Below, in pieces: positions 1 through 8,218 of a stretch of DNA of 64,000 bases (position 1 is the first letter of the stretch; each line of letters opens with the position of its first letter). The notes beneath the pieces are model-generated. The model ran no database searches, was not told the DNA's origin, and worked only from the letters and a program-made list of their open reading frames with translations. The DNA comes from a virus. Position numbers and translations under genes: made by a program. The stretch covers positions 32,001 to 96,000 of the IMG/VR virus record IMGVR_UViG_3300030104_004642; one strand, given 5' to 3'.

Positions 1-839
1 GCATGGGCAGAAGCAGTAGGATACTCCTTAATAATTAGAGTGCCTTGGGTCTTCTGGGCAATGTTATTAACTTTTGTCTCAAACATTTGTTTTGGAAGAC
101 CAGCAATATCCTGTATGTTTATATTCAGTAGATTAGCATCAATTCTTTCTGCAATTCTTTCTTCAGCCATTTCAAGCGTGATGTATAGTACATTCTTGTT
201 CTGTAATAGGACACTACTTGCGACATGACACATGAACAAAGACTTACCAACACCAGTGCCAGCAAGAGCAATATTGAGTGTTTTATTTGGAAGGCCACCC
301 TTTGTAATCTTGTTAAAGAATTCAAGGTCAAACTCAATCCTTTCTTCCTTCTTGTTGTATAAGTCAAACCTTTCTGCATAATCTTGAAGATAATCGTGTC
401 CTACATTGTTATCAAAAGAAACAGCAAGGGCGTCAGAAAGTATAGAAGGAATTGCATCAGGTTGCTTCTTCTCATCCTGTCCATCTGCAATTGAGATTGA
501 CTCCATGAGTGCCATGTAAATGGCACGTTCCCTACACCACTTTTCTGTGGTATTTTCTAACCACCCCTCCTCTGCTGGTTCATCATCAAGATAACTGATA
601 AGTTTTGAGATCTCTTGATAGGATGTGTCGTTAATATCCTTCCTTTTTTCTACCTCAATACTAAGAACCTCCTTTGTGGGAGATTCATTATACTCAGATA
701 CAAAAGATGCTATCTCCTCAAACACAATCTTCTGATTTGTGTCCTGAAAATAATCTGCTTTGATGAATGGAATAACCTTTCTTAGATATTCCTCATTATG
801 TAAAAGGTTCCTAAGAACCAAGAATTCAATTTTATCCAT
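1..839 (-). CDS. g41: Replicative DNA helicase (T4 gp41-like), runs off the left edge of the window
   Basis: Manually translated from ATG at 839: MDKIEFLVLRNLLHNEEYLRKVIPF...GGLPNKTLNIALAGTGVGKSLFMCH (Walker A)...YITLEMAEERIAERIDANL; absent from the ORF track because it has no stop in the window. Confidence 0.95.
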   Translation of the reverse strand, partial: MDKIEFLVLRNLLHNEEYLRKVIPFIKADYFQDTNQKIVFEEIASFVSEYNESPTKEVLSIEVEKRKDINDTSYQEISKLISYLDDEPAEEGWLENTTEKWCRERAIYMALMESISIADGQDEKKQPDAIPSILSDALAVSFDNNVGHDYLQDYAERFDLYNKKEERIEFDLEFFNKITKGGLPNKTLNIALAGTGVGKSLFMCHVASSVLLQNKNVLYITLEMAEERIAERIDANLLNINIQDIAGLPKQMFETKVNNIAQKTQGTLIIKEYPTASAH

Positions 840-1843
840 CAATTACCATATGAGAATTCTTGCTGTGCAATTTGATCCAATTTTTCCATTACTTCTGGTG
901 TGAAGTATGACTCTGGGTCCTTGTAGATTGCCTTGGCATAGACTTTCTTGCCATCAATCTCATAGCGTCCTGCTACATTCTTCCATAGTCCTCCTATCTC
1001 ACCCAACTCCAGGAGACCATAATACCTATCAAGACCCCGCTCATCATAATAAAGGCGTACTGTGACATCTTTGTTCTCCTTACTCAAACGCGACTTGTGA
1101 GTCTTAGCCTTGATAAGATTGCCAATGACTTCTGTGCCATCTTTCTCTTTTTTCTTGCTAAGATAGATGATTGTACTTGCTGCATACTTGAGTCCACTAC
1201 CTCCTCCCATCTCTTTAGTTGGTACGTAAGCTCCAATGACATCGTATGTGTGATTTGTGACAATGAGCGGTACATTTGCTTGTCCTAGTTTTAGTGTTAG
1301 CATTCTAAATGCTCCCTTGACCAACTGTGATTTGGTCATGTCCCTGACTTGCTTATCATCAAGGGCATCCCTGATCTCTTTCTCAGTGGATAGCATACCC
1401 AGTGAGTCTAACACAAACATGCATGGTTTGCGTTCCTCTTCAGGTTTTTTTAAGTATAGATCAACTGCCCTGAGTGCCTTTGATCTGAACTCCTCAATGG
1501 TTACTACATTGATGACAACCAATCTGGTACAGTCAATCCCTCTACTTGTGAGAAGACCCTTATTAACAGCTGCTTCAGTATCAAAATATAGGCAATACCC
1601 ATCAGGGTTAGAGTCCAGAAAGTTTTTGACAACGGCAAGTGAGAAAAAAGTTTTTCCAGTGCTAGACTCACCAGCAATGGCAGTAATCTTATTCCTAGAT
1701 ACACCACCAAATAAAGAACCTGAAACAACTCCATTAAAGATGTAAGAACCTGTGTCCACAAATTCTTCAGTTTCATCAATGTCTGAGGCGAGTTGGGTGT
1801 ATTCATCTCCAATCTCTTTTACTATGTCTTTTAAAAAATCCAT
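839..1843 (-). CDS. uvsX: RecA-like recombinase UvsX
   Basis: GESSTGKT Walker A, YFDTE, VLDSLG, MGGGSGLKYAAS motifs; lies between g43 and g41. Confidence 0.96.
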   Translation of the reverse strand: MDFLKDIVKEIGDEYTQLASDIDETEEFVDTGSYIFNGVVSGSLFGGVSRNKITAIAGESSTGKTFFSLAVVKNFLDSNPDGYCLYFDTEAAVNKGLLTSRGIDCTRLVVINVVTIEEFRSKALRAVDLYLKKPEEERKPCMFVLDSLGMLSTEKEIRDALDDKQVRDMTKSQLVKGAFRMLTLKLGQANVPLIVTNHTYDVIGAYVPTKEMGGGSGLKYAASTIIYLSKKKEKDGTEVIGNLIKAKTHKSRLSKENKDVTVRLYYDERGLDRYYGLLELGEIGGLWKNVAGRYEIDGKKVYAKAIYKDPESYFTPEVMEKLDQIAQQEFSYGN

Positions 1844-2013
1844 TACAGGTTAAATCCAAATTGTTCACGAGCAATCTTCTTGTAAGGTCCACCAGGATTA
1901 GCATCCCTAATCTCCTTAATTCTTACAAGTTTTTGATACAAGGCAGCATCCCCACCAAGGCGGAGAGCACTGACAATTGTAGCAAGTTCTTTGTCATTAA
2001 TAGGAAGGTCCAT
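1843..2013 (-). CDS. Small hypothetical protein (56 aa)
   Basis: Manual translation MDLPINDKELATIVSALRLGGDAALYQKLVRIKEIRDANPGGPYKKIAREQFGFNL*; TAATG stop/start overlaps at both ends fill the gap exactly. Confidence 0.8.
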   Translation of the reverse strand: MDLPINDKELATIVSALRLGGDAALYQKLVRIKEIRDANPGGPYKKIAREQFGFNL

Positions 2014-4508
2014 TATCCAAAAAATAGTTCCAGGTTTACAACTTTCTCAACATTCCAACCAATGGCATCAAGAATGACTTTGACAGGTTCCAAGAAGGCT
2101 TTGTCAAATTGTAGGTCATAGTCAATGTACTTGTCAACACCAAGTTCCATTGGAAAATCTGAGATGAATGAAATAACATTCTCCCTGATTGGATTTGCTT
2201 TTTTCAGGTAGAGAAACTTGATCTTCTCTCCATTGTTGATGAGTGAATATTTAGTATCAAGATTCTTCTCCTTGATATAGTGATTATACAGAAGGGCACC
2301 CCTACAATGAATGGGAGTTCCCTTGGCATAGATTGTAGAATAACTCTTATGTTTATTCACATCACTCACAGTCCTTGGGAAGGCAATGTCCTCTGGGGGC
2401 ATCTTCTTAAACTTTGCCCTGGCATCATCAATGAAGTCAATAACATCATCCTCAGTGCCACCCATCATCAGGTTGAGAGCATCCTTAATCATCTTCCTAC
2501 ATGGAGCAGGGGTGGATGATTTGACTGCCTCAATACCCATTATCTTGAGTTTTGCTTCCTCATATCTTACACCCTCACTGTCCCAGACATTGAGAATATA
2601 TCTTTTCTTTGCTGTCCAGATGCCCCTATCTGCAATATTCTCCCTCTTCATCTGCATCTTCTGAGCATATGCGTTTACATACGTCGCAAGATCTTGGTAA
2701 CTCTTCTCAATGAATGGTTCCAACTTCTCTTGGCAGATCTTGTCAAGTATGGTAACAAGTTTAGCCTTGTCACTAGACTTGCTACTAAAAAATTTATCAA
2801 CAAGAGGTCCAAAGTTAATATAGATTGAGTCAGTGTCAGATGCGATAACATAATCTACATCTTTTGTCTGTAACAGATTATTTAGGTATTCATTCATCTT
2901 GTTTTCAATCCACCTGATAGATGTCTGTCCTGACAGGGTGATTGCCTCTGCATTGGCAAGTTTGTAGTACCTAAAATACTGGTTACCGATAGCGCCATAA
3001 GCAGAGTTAAGAGAGATCTTCTTAGCCATTTGGATATTGTTGCACCTGGCAATCTCTTTCTCCAGTGCTTTACTTGGTGTCTTTTCATACTCCTGTTTTG
3101 CTTGAAGCATTCTTTTCTTAAAGATCACCCTCTCAGCATACATCTTCTCCATCAGTTCAGGGAGAAATCCCTTTACATCCTTCCTATACATTGCGCCATT
3201 AGCGCACACAGAATTATCCTTATACAACTCAAAACTTATCTCTTGATTAAGAATTCTATCAACTGTGGCTGCTGGATGTTTCTCTGGAAGGAGGGTCTCT
3301 GGGGAAATGTTATATTGCATAATAAGATGAGGATAGAGACTGTTAAGGTCAAAAGAGACCACCCAATCATACTTTCCTGGTTTCGGTTCCTTGACATAGG
3401 CACCTGCGAATTTAGAGTCCTTCTCTGATCTATCCTTGGGAGGAATAACAATGTTTCTCCTCTTTAAATAGTTATAAATTATGGTATCCCACATGCGAAC
3501 CTGATACATCACATCCACATAGTTGACCTTTGCAGTATAGGCCATAGTCAATGCAAGTTCAATCAGTTTCATCTTGTCTTCCAGACGGTCAACAAGTTCC
3601 ACGTCAATGATGTTGTAATCTACAAACTTCTTCCAGTTTCCCCTATAAAAATCTTTGAAGGTATCAAACTCACTGTGATCAAGTTTCTTCTGACCCAACT
3701 CCACCTGAGCAATATAGTCCAGTCTGTATGACTCCTGTGCCTTGTAGGTGAACTTCTTGTATAGTTCAAGATAGTCCAGTGTTGTAAGTCCAGCAATATC
3801 AAAGACATTAAACTTCCTACCAGAAATATATGCCTCATCCTGAGATACAAGACCCCAAGGTGAAAGAAGTTTCATCTTCTTCTCGCCCATTATCCTACTG
3901 ATCCTTCCACAAAGATATGGAATATCATACAGTCTTACATTCCACCCTGTAATAACATCAGGGGTATTGTTACTCCACCAATAAAGGAATGCGTTAAGCA
4001 TTGCTACCTCATCACTGTAATAATGATAGGTAACATTCTTCTGTGTAACCTGGTAGGGTTTTCTGCCCCAGGTGATGATCTCCTTGGTGGCATTATCCTG
4101 AATAGAGATAGTCAACATCTCCTCAGAACAAGATTCAGGGTCAGGGAATCCATTCTCTGCCTGAACCTCAATGTCCATTGTTACCAGGGAGATCTTTGAG
4201 ATATCAAATTTAATCTCTTCCCCTGGATACTTATCAGAAATATATTGATAGACATACCTCTCATTACCATAAATGGGAAAACCATCCACACCCTCATACT
4301 TCTTATAGAACTCCCTACAATCCCTAATGGTGCCTGGTTGGATAGGTTCTACATTATCACCTTCAAGGGTTTTCCACTTGGATTCTTTTTTAGATTTTAC
4401 AAATAGAGTTGGTTGATACTCCTCCTTATAGATTTTCTTTTGACCATTCTCATATTCACGAACCAGAAAGTTGTTGCCAACCATCTGGATGTTTGTGTAA
4501 AACCTCAT
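2013..4508 (-). CDS. g43: Family B DNA polymerase (T4 gp43-like)
   Basis: Exonuclease DIE; SFDLNSLYP, KISLNSAYG, ASDTDS and KKRY motifs; uninterrupted 831 aa. Confidence 0.98.
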   Translation of the reverse strand: MRFYTNIQMVGNNFLVREYENGQKKIYKEEYQPTLFVKSKKESKWKTLEGDNVEPIQPGTIRDCREFYKKYEGVDGFPIYGNERYVYQYISDKYPGEEIKFDISKISLVTMDIEVQAENGFPDPESCSEEMLTISIQDNATKEIITWGRKPYQVTQKNVTYHYYSDEVAMLNAFLYWWSNNTPDVITGWNVRLYDIPYLCGRISRIMGEKKMKLLSPWGLVSQDEAYISGRKFNVFDIAGLTTLDYLELYKKFTYKAQESYRLDYIAQVELGQKKLDHSEFDTFKDFYRGNWKKFVDYNIIDVELVDRLEDKMKLIELALTMAYTAKVNYVDVMYQVRMWDTIIYNYLKRRNIVIPPKDRSEKDSKFAGAYVKEPKPGKYDWVVSFDLNSLYPHLIMQYNISPETLLPEKHPAATVDRILNQEISFELYKDNSVCANGAMYRKDVKGFLPELMEKMYAERVIFKKRMLQAKQEYEKTPSKALEKEIARCNNIQMAKKISLNSAYGAIGNQYFRYYKLANAEAITLSGQTSIRWIENKMNEYLNNLLQTKDVDYVIASDTDSIYINFGPLVDKFFSSKSSDKAKLVTILDKICQEKLEPFIEKSYQDLATYVNAYAQKMQMKRENIADRGIWTAKKRYILNVWDSEGVRYEEAKLKIMGIEAVKSSTPAPCRKMIKDALNLMMGGTEDDVIDFIDDARAKFKKMPPEDIAFPRTVSDVNKHKSYSTIYAKGTPIHCRGALLYNHYIKEKNLDTKYSLINNGEKIKFLYLKKANPIRENVISFISDFPMELGVDKYIDYDLQFDKAFLEPVKVILDAIGWNVEKVVNLELFFG

Positions 4509-4759
4509 GCTTTCACCAGACTTTCATACTTTTCTTTAAGTTTACTATTGGGTTCAGCAATAGTCAAGATCTTATCAGAATGAATCATAAAAACATTCTG
4601 ACTGGTAACATCAACCAACCATGGAGAGAGGGTATCCTGCTCTCCTAATACCATTGGTTCAGTCAGTTTACAATCTGGGGAACCAAGTTCCCCAGCAACC
4701 TCATCAATCTGTGTGATGAGTGAATAGTTCTGAAAGATCAATACCTTTACATTATCCAT
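4505..4759 (-). CDS. Hypothetical protein (possible Sm-like fold) immediately upstream of g43
   Basis: 84-aa ORF overlapping the g43 start (ATGA). Confidence 0.75.
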   Translation of the reverse strand: MDNVKVLIFQNYSLITQIDEVAGELGSPDCKLTEPMVLGEQDTLSPWLVDVTSQNVFMIHSDKILTIAEPNSKLKEKYESLVKA

Positions 4760-5054
4760 CTGTTACCTTTGCCTCTACTTTTGCTTTTGCTTCAACCTTC
4801 TTCACCACTGGGGGTTCAGGAATAGGACGATAATTTCTCCATCTAGCAATCTCAACAGTCTCAAATGTTTCTGTTGGATTTCCCCTGTCAATCTTCTTAC
4901 GAGTTACAATGACCTCATCATAGGGATCCTCCTGAACATCAGGGTAATCCATATGAGCGTTGAGTCTGACCTGACGATCAAGTTCAACATACTCCACAAA
5001 TTTTGTGGATTTGGGTTCCACAATAACTGGATACTCTTTCTTTTTGGGTGCCAT
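4752..5054 (-). CDS. Hypothetical protein
   Basis: 100-aa ORF tightly packed with its neighbours. Confidence 0.7.
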   Translation of the reverse strand: MAPKKKEYPVIVEPKSTKFVEYVELDRQVRLNAHMDYPDVQEDPYDEVIVTRKKIDRGNPTETFETVEIARWRNYRPIPEPPVVKKVEAKAKVEAKVTDG

Positions 5055-5056
5055 GA

Positions 5057-5218
5057 TCAGAAGGATTTGGTGTGGATGTCAAGTTCGCCATCATCAATAT
5101 GGGCGTGGTCAATATGTTCAATATGACCATGCACCATATTTATTGTAATGGTCCCACTCTCCAATGCCTTTGCTATCCTATCTAAGGAGTCTGCTATCCT
5201 GAATAAGCTGTTGTCCAT
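5057..5218 (-). CDS. Small His/Asp-rich hypothetical protein (53 aa)
   Basis: ATG at 5218 just downstream of a consensus sigma70 promoter; MDNSLFRIADSLDRIAKALESG...HGHIEHIDHAHIDDG. Confidence 0.7.
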   Translation of the reverse strand: MDNSLFRIADSLDRIAKALESGTITINMVHGHIEHIDHAHIDDGELDIHTKSF

Positions 5219-5240
5219 GATGAAGAGGTTCTGTCCCCAT

Positions 5241-5269
5241 AGTATAGGCGAAAAAAAGGGGGGTGTCAA
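5241..5269 (-). promoter_or_regulatory. Sigma70-type promoter TTGACA-N17-TATACT
   Basis: Minus strand: TTGACA (5269-5264), 17-nt spacer, TATACT (5246-5241). Confidence 0.8.
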
Positions 5270-5292
5270 CTGGATTGTGCCAGTTCCCCCCT
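5251..5292 (-). terminator. Rho-independent terminator after hsp20 (bulged stem plus U7)
   Basis: AGGGGGG-AACUGG-cacaau-CCAGUU-gaca-CCCCCCU followed by a U-run. Confidence 0.75.
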
Positions 5293-5324
5293 GTGCCCAT
5301 AGGGCGGCGACGATACAATCCTAT

Positions 5325-5762
5325 TTAGAACCACTCTTTTCTTCTATGAGAATCAGGGACAATCCTACCCAGTGTGATGGTTAGCAACCCATTCTCAAAT
5401 TCAACTGATCTAACTTCCGTTTCATCTGAGAGGCTCCAAGTTCTGGTGAAAGATCGTTGAGCCAGTCCTCTATGGACATATGTTTTGCCTGATCCTTCGT
5501 CATCTTCCTTCTTGCCTTCAACGAAGAGTTTTCCGTCTTCTGTGTAGACTGTGACATCTTTTTTTGAAAATCCTGCTAGTGCTAGCTCAAGTAAGGATTC
5601 GCTGCTACTTACTTCAACTAGGTTATAGGGAGGGAAGTTTGACTGTGTTTCTTGTAGTTTAAACAACTTGTCAAAGTATTGATCCATCCCAATACTATTC
5701 TTATTTATACGATCCATCAACGCAGGAAGGTCTGACGCACCATATCTGGTAAGGTTACCCAT
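5325..5762 (-). CDS. hsp20: Small heat-shock protein Hsp20
   Basis: FPPYNL, LELALAGF, YVHRGLAQRSFTRTW and FENGLLTITL alpha-crystallin motifs. Confidence 0.96.
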   Translation of the reverse strand: MGNLTRYGASDLPALMDRINKNSIGMDQYFDKLFKLQETQSNFPPYNLVEVSSSESLLELALAGFSKKDVTVYTEDGKLFVEGKKEDDEGSGKTYVHRGLAQRSFTRTWSLSDETEVRSVEFENGLLTITLGRIVPDSHRRKEWF

Positions 5763-5769
5763 TATTCTA

Positions 5770-5787
5770 GCTCCTATAAAAGCGAGT
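5770..5787 (-). promoter_or_regulatory. ROSE-like SD-sequestering hairpin in the hsp20 5' UTR
   Basis: ACUCGCU-UUUAU-AGGAGC: the UCGCU motif can pair with the SD AGGAG with a bulged G. Confidence 0.5.
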
Positions 5788-5820
5788 TTGTTTTGTGTGG
5801 ACCCCTAAGGCATCCAATCA

Positions 5821-5828
5821 TATTTATA
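5821..5828 (-). promoter_or_regulatory. T4-type late promoter TATAAATA for hsp20
   Basis: Exact TATAAATA about 60 nt upstream of the hsp20 ATG. Confidence 0.8.
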
Positions 5829-5862
5829 ACACACTTCTAAAAAAATGTCAGTAGGGTTATCC

Positions 5863-5985
5863 CTAATCGTGATTGTGTTCATCAAAAGAATCTGTCAAGT
5901 CCTTGGAAGGTGGTCCAAAGGACAAGTATATCCCATAGGATGTAAGTATGGCAAGACTCAGCATGATGATTACAATCAGATTCAT
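5863..5985 (-). CDS. psbN: Photosystem II biogenesis protein PsbN (40 aa)
   Basis: Manual translation MNLIVIIMLSLAILTSYGIYLSFGPPSKDLTDSFDEHNHD*: one TM helix plus the YxSFGPPS..L.D.F(D/E)EH PsbN signature; ATGA overlap with the regA stop. Confidence 0.85.
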   Translation of the reverse strand: MNLIVIIMLSLAILTSYGIYLSFGPPSKDLTDSFDEHNHD

Positions 5986-6419
5986 TCTGCTTCCTGAGTC
6001 TTTCCTTTCTTACCAATATTATACTTCTGCTCCAGGGTCCAATCGTTCTTATCCCTGTATGGCAGGACTTTGATCTGATTCAATGGAGCAATATCCATGA
6101 TTGAATCTTCCTTCACCACACTAATGAGGCCCCAGTCAGCAAGAAGGCGAGTAATACGATTCCTACGCTGAACGTCGTTAACAGTAATGTTAGCGTATTT
6201 GCCATCAAGAGCAAACAACTCCTTAAAATGCACTATGTAATATTTACCTTGCTTGTGCAAAATATGGCAGGATTGATAAAGTTTTTTCTCTTTTCGTGAA
6301 GCTACACCAATTCTTGTTAAGGTTTCCCTTACTTTGAGGAAGTCATCTGGTTCATTCAATATAATCTCAATCATTTTATCCTGAGACCAATGAACCTGAG
6401 GTTCAGTAGTTTGATTCAT
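5982..6419 (-). CDS. regA: Translational repressor RegA
   Basis: EPDDFLKVRETLTRIGVAS, LYQSCHILHKQGKYYIVHFKELF. Confidence 0.96.
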   Translation of the reverse strand: MNQTTEPQVHWSQDKMIEIILNEPDDFLKVRETLTRIGVASRKEKKLYQSCHILHKQGKYYIVHFKELFALDGKYANITVNDVQRRNRITRLLADWGLISVVKEDSIMDIAPLNQIKVLPYRDKNDWTLEQKYNIGKKGKTQEAE

Positions 6420-6784
6420 CTTTTACCACCAGTGTCAAGTTTTTGTTTAATAAAGAGTAATTGTTCATTGGACAAGATTTTCAAAACTTGTGCTGCCTTC
6501 TCATTACTATAACCATAGTATTTTTTGACAAACTCAAGGTCTGAGACCTTTTCTTTACGAACCCAAGGAGAGAATCTCTTCCTCTTTCTCAGTGTATTTA
6601 TGTAAAAATTATATTGCATGTCTTTATCTAAGAAATGATACTTGTTCATCTCATTAGCAAACAAAACACAATCCAGATGTCCAGATAGACACCTGTTCAC
6701 AATGTATGGTGGATACTCCTTAATGTCCTCACTAAGATCTTCCTTAGTAAAGTTGATAGAATTCAACCAGTCTTTCAGTTCCAA
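6416..6784 (-). CDS. g62: Clamp loader small subunit (gp62)
   Basis: YPPYIVNRCLS, ANEMN, YYGYSNEKA motifs; upstream of regA; TTG start. Confidence 0.92.
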   Translation of the reverse strand: MELKDWLNSINFTKEDLSEDIKEYPPYIVNRCLSGHLDCVLFANEMNKYHFLDKDMQYNFYINTLRKRKRFSPWVRKEKVSDLEFVKKYYGYSNEKAAQVLKILSNEQLLFIKQKLDTGGKR

Positions 6785-6939
6785 TGCCTAATCACCCCTG
6801 CAATAATAAAACAGTTAGTCGCCAAATAAGTAAAGAATATAAAAGTACGAAGAATAGCAACAGCATTATCGTATCTTTTCGTCTTGACATCAGAGAAACT
6901 ACCCAGTGTGTACTTCCACAGTCTCCATAATCTCTTCAT
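6775..6939 (-). CDS. Small membrane protein (54 aa)
   Basis: Manual translation MKRLWRLWKYTLGSFSDVKTKRYDNAVAILRTFIFFTYLATNCFIIAGVIRHWN*; C-terminal hydrophobic segment; fills the gap. Confidence 0.7.
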   Translation of the reverse strand: MKRLWRLWKYTLGSFSDVKTKRYDNAVAILRTFIFFTYLATNCFIIAGVIRHWN

Positions 6940-7318
6940 TGATATACCTCAAAAGTTCCTTGTCTTCAACATCATTTGGAATATCATTCTTATAGAAGAT
7001 CCTGTAACTATCAGAACCATACTTACCAATACCAAAGAGTTTGGTGGCATCCTCACCATCCCACTTAAGTATATCATGGGTCATACGCATGATACGATGT
7101 GCCCTGATGTTGAACATACCAAGTGGTTTGATAAAGTCAGAGAGACTATCATGCTGCCACACTTTAAGGAACTCCTCTGGTGTGGGTGTTATCTTGAATA
7201 GTTCTGTAAGGATTGGTTTTACCTGATTGCGTGATGTAAGGTTAAGACAGATGACACCAACCATGTGCTGCCATACATTATCAACCTGTTGTTGAACCAT
7301 CAGTTCTTCAACCATCAA
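6899..7318 (-). CDS. HhH-GPD DNA glycosylase, MBD4-like
   Basis: MVQ..W..MV..ICLN.TS, PLGM...RA.RI, HhH LFGIGKYGSDSYRIF and C-terminal VEDKEL..Y mirror the MBD4 catalytic domain as I recall it (LVQE, FLNRTS, PLGLYDLRA, LHGIGKYGNDSYRIF, PEDHKL..Y). Confidence 0.88.
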   Translation of the reverse strand: MMVEELMVQQQVDNVWQHMVGVICLNLTSRNQVKPILTELFKITPTPEEFLKVWQHDSLSDFIKPLGMFNIRAHRIMRMTHDILKWDGEDATKLFGIGKYGSDSYRIFYKNDIPNDVEDKELLRYINEEIMETVEVHTG

Positions 7319-8216
7319 CCAGACCCTCCTTTTTCAATCTATTGAAATTGTAGCATCCTTCAAAGGTAAGTTGAACCTTTGGTTTCTTACCATAATTCAT
7401 AAGCAGAAGTTCTTTTCTTTCCTTCTGCTCTCTCATATATTTACCAACAGACCTGAGTGTATATGTATGTTCAAACTCTGCCATATTCCATTCCTGGAAT
7501 CTATCCTTTACTAACTGTCCTGAGTTGTAGGAGACAAGCATATTGATACTACAATCAGAGCAATCACGAGAAAAAGTGTCATGGTTGAATCCTTTATGCA
7601 TACTTCCTTTTTTTCCATATAAACTATCCTTAATGGCATAGGGTGGGTCCAGATAGATGAATGACTTCCTCTCAGAGTATTCATCCATTAATGCTTCATA
7701 GGACAGGTTTGTGATATTCCAGTTTTCAATAATCTTCTGGAAACCTGGAAGTCTATCAATACCCCTCTGAGTAAAATTGTTTTGTGATGCCATCTTAGAG
7801 AAGGAAGATGACTCAGTTAGACCAGAAAAAGAGCACTTATTTACAATATAAAATGCACATGCCTTGGCAAAATCATTAACACTATCATCATTAAGATGAC
7901 CCTTTGATGAATTGAATAACAACTTACACTTGTCAGGGTTATCATGAAACCTTTTAAGTGAACCAAGAAAATCCCTCATCTCATCACCTTTCTCCTGGAG
8001 TTGTTGCCAGAAGTTGGTTAGTGGTTTATATAAATCATTGACCCAGATGTTCAAATGAGGATACATCTTAGTCAAATGAATTGCTACTGAACCACCACCT
8101 AAAAATGGTTCCCTATATTCTTGATAATCAGTTAGATCAGGAATGTGGGGAACAATTTTAGTGAGAGCACGTGACTTACCACCAGGATAACGAAGAGGGG
8201 TTTTCAAAGATTTCAT
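7308..8216 (-). CDS. dam: DNA adenine methyltransferase (Dam/D12 class)
   Basis: LRYPGGKS, EPFLGGGSV, WVNDL, YLDPPY motifs. Confidence 0.93.
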   Translation of the reverse strand: MKSLKTPLRYPGGKSRALTKIVPHIPDLTDYQEYREPFLGGGSVAIHLTKMYPHLNIWVNDLYKPLTNFWQQLQEKGDEMRDFLGSLKRFHDNPDKCKLLFNSSKGHLNDDSVNDFAKACAFYIVNKCSFSGLTESSSFSKMASQNNFTQRGIDRLPGFQKIIENWNITNLSYEALMDEYSERKSFIYLDPPYAIKDSLYGKKGSMHKGFNHDTFSRDCSDCSINMLVSYNSGQLVKDRFQEWNMAEFEHTYTLRSVGKYMREQKERKELLLMNYGKKPKVQLTFEGCYNFNRLKKEGLVDG

Positions 8217-8218
8217 AA

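Noticed and set aside
5219-5269. TTG-started N-terminal extension of the 5057 ORF
   Set aside because: The TTG is the -35 box inside the terminator; ATG 5218 downstream of the promoter is more plausible
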